Below, piece by piece: positions 63,970 to 64,000 of a stretch of DNA of 64,000 bases. This stretch comes from Dendrobates tinctorius. Its lineage: Eukaryota. Location of the stretch: positions 37,634,001 to 37,698,000 of the forward strand of contig NW_027361696.1 in the NCBI RefSeq assembly GCF_039654945.1. The letters are read 5' to 3'. Position 1 is the first letter of the stretch, and the number at the start of each line of letters is the position of its first letter. The notes below the pieces were generated by a model that was given only the letters and a program-made list of their open reading frames with translations, had not been told where the DNA came from and ran no database searches. The translations under genes were made by a program, and so were the position numbers.

Positions 63970-63975
63970 AATAAA
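63970..63975 (+). terminator. Polyadenylation signal of paralog 3
   Basis: TTCAATAAAAC context is conserved at 23393 and 37808. Confidence 0.7.
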
Positions 63976-64000
63976 ACAAATTTAATCCAAAACTATTTCT

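Overview
Eukaryotic, AT-rich, transposon-dense DNA. The repeat repertoire looks anuran (frog), which is my inference. The host content is a duplicated framework carrying three paralogous small genes on the + strand (ATGs at ~22326, 36438, 62924). They encode short proteins resembling the RRM-like and CCHC part of Tx1/L1 ORF1p and ZCCHC3. All three share a predicted ~370-bp intron splitting the last codon and a positionally conserved AATAAA; two retain a TATA/Inr promoter. One copy looks intact, one is disrupted by a MITE, and one is a promoter-less nonsense pseudogene. Mobile DNA includes a complete 8.2-kb hAT transposon (43708-51929, intact transposase, TIRs, 8-bp TSD) that carries a degenerate 18S rDNA fragment, and a second copy cut by the window edge. 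There are also two palindromic non-autonomous hAT elements, a near-full-length CR1 and a truncated CR1, a Penelope-like relic with a decayed hammerhead motif, Tc1 and mariner relics, a solo LTR, a tRNA-derived SINE and many Harbinger-type MITEs. There is no CRISPR array and no functional rRNA or tRNA gene.
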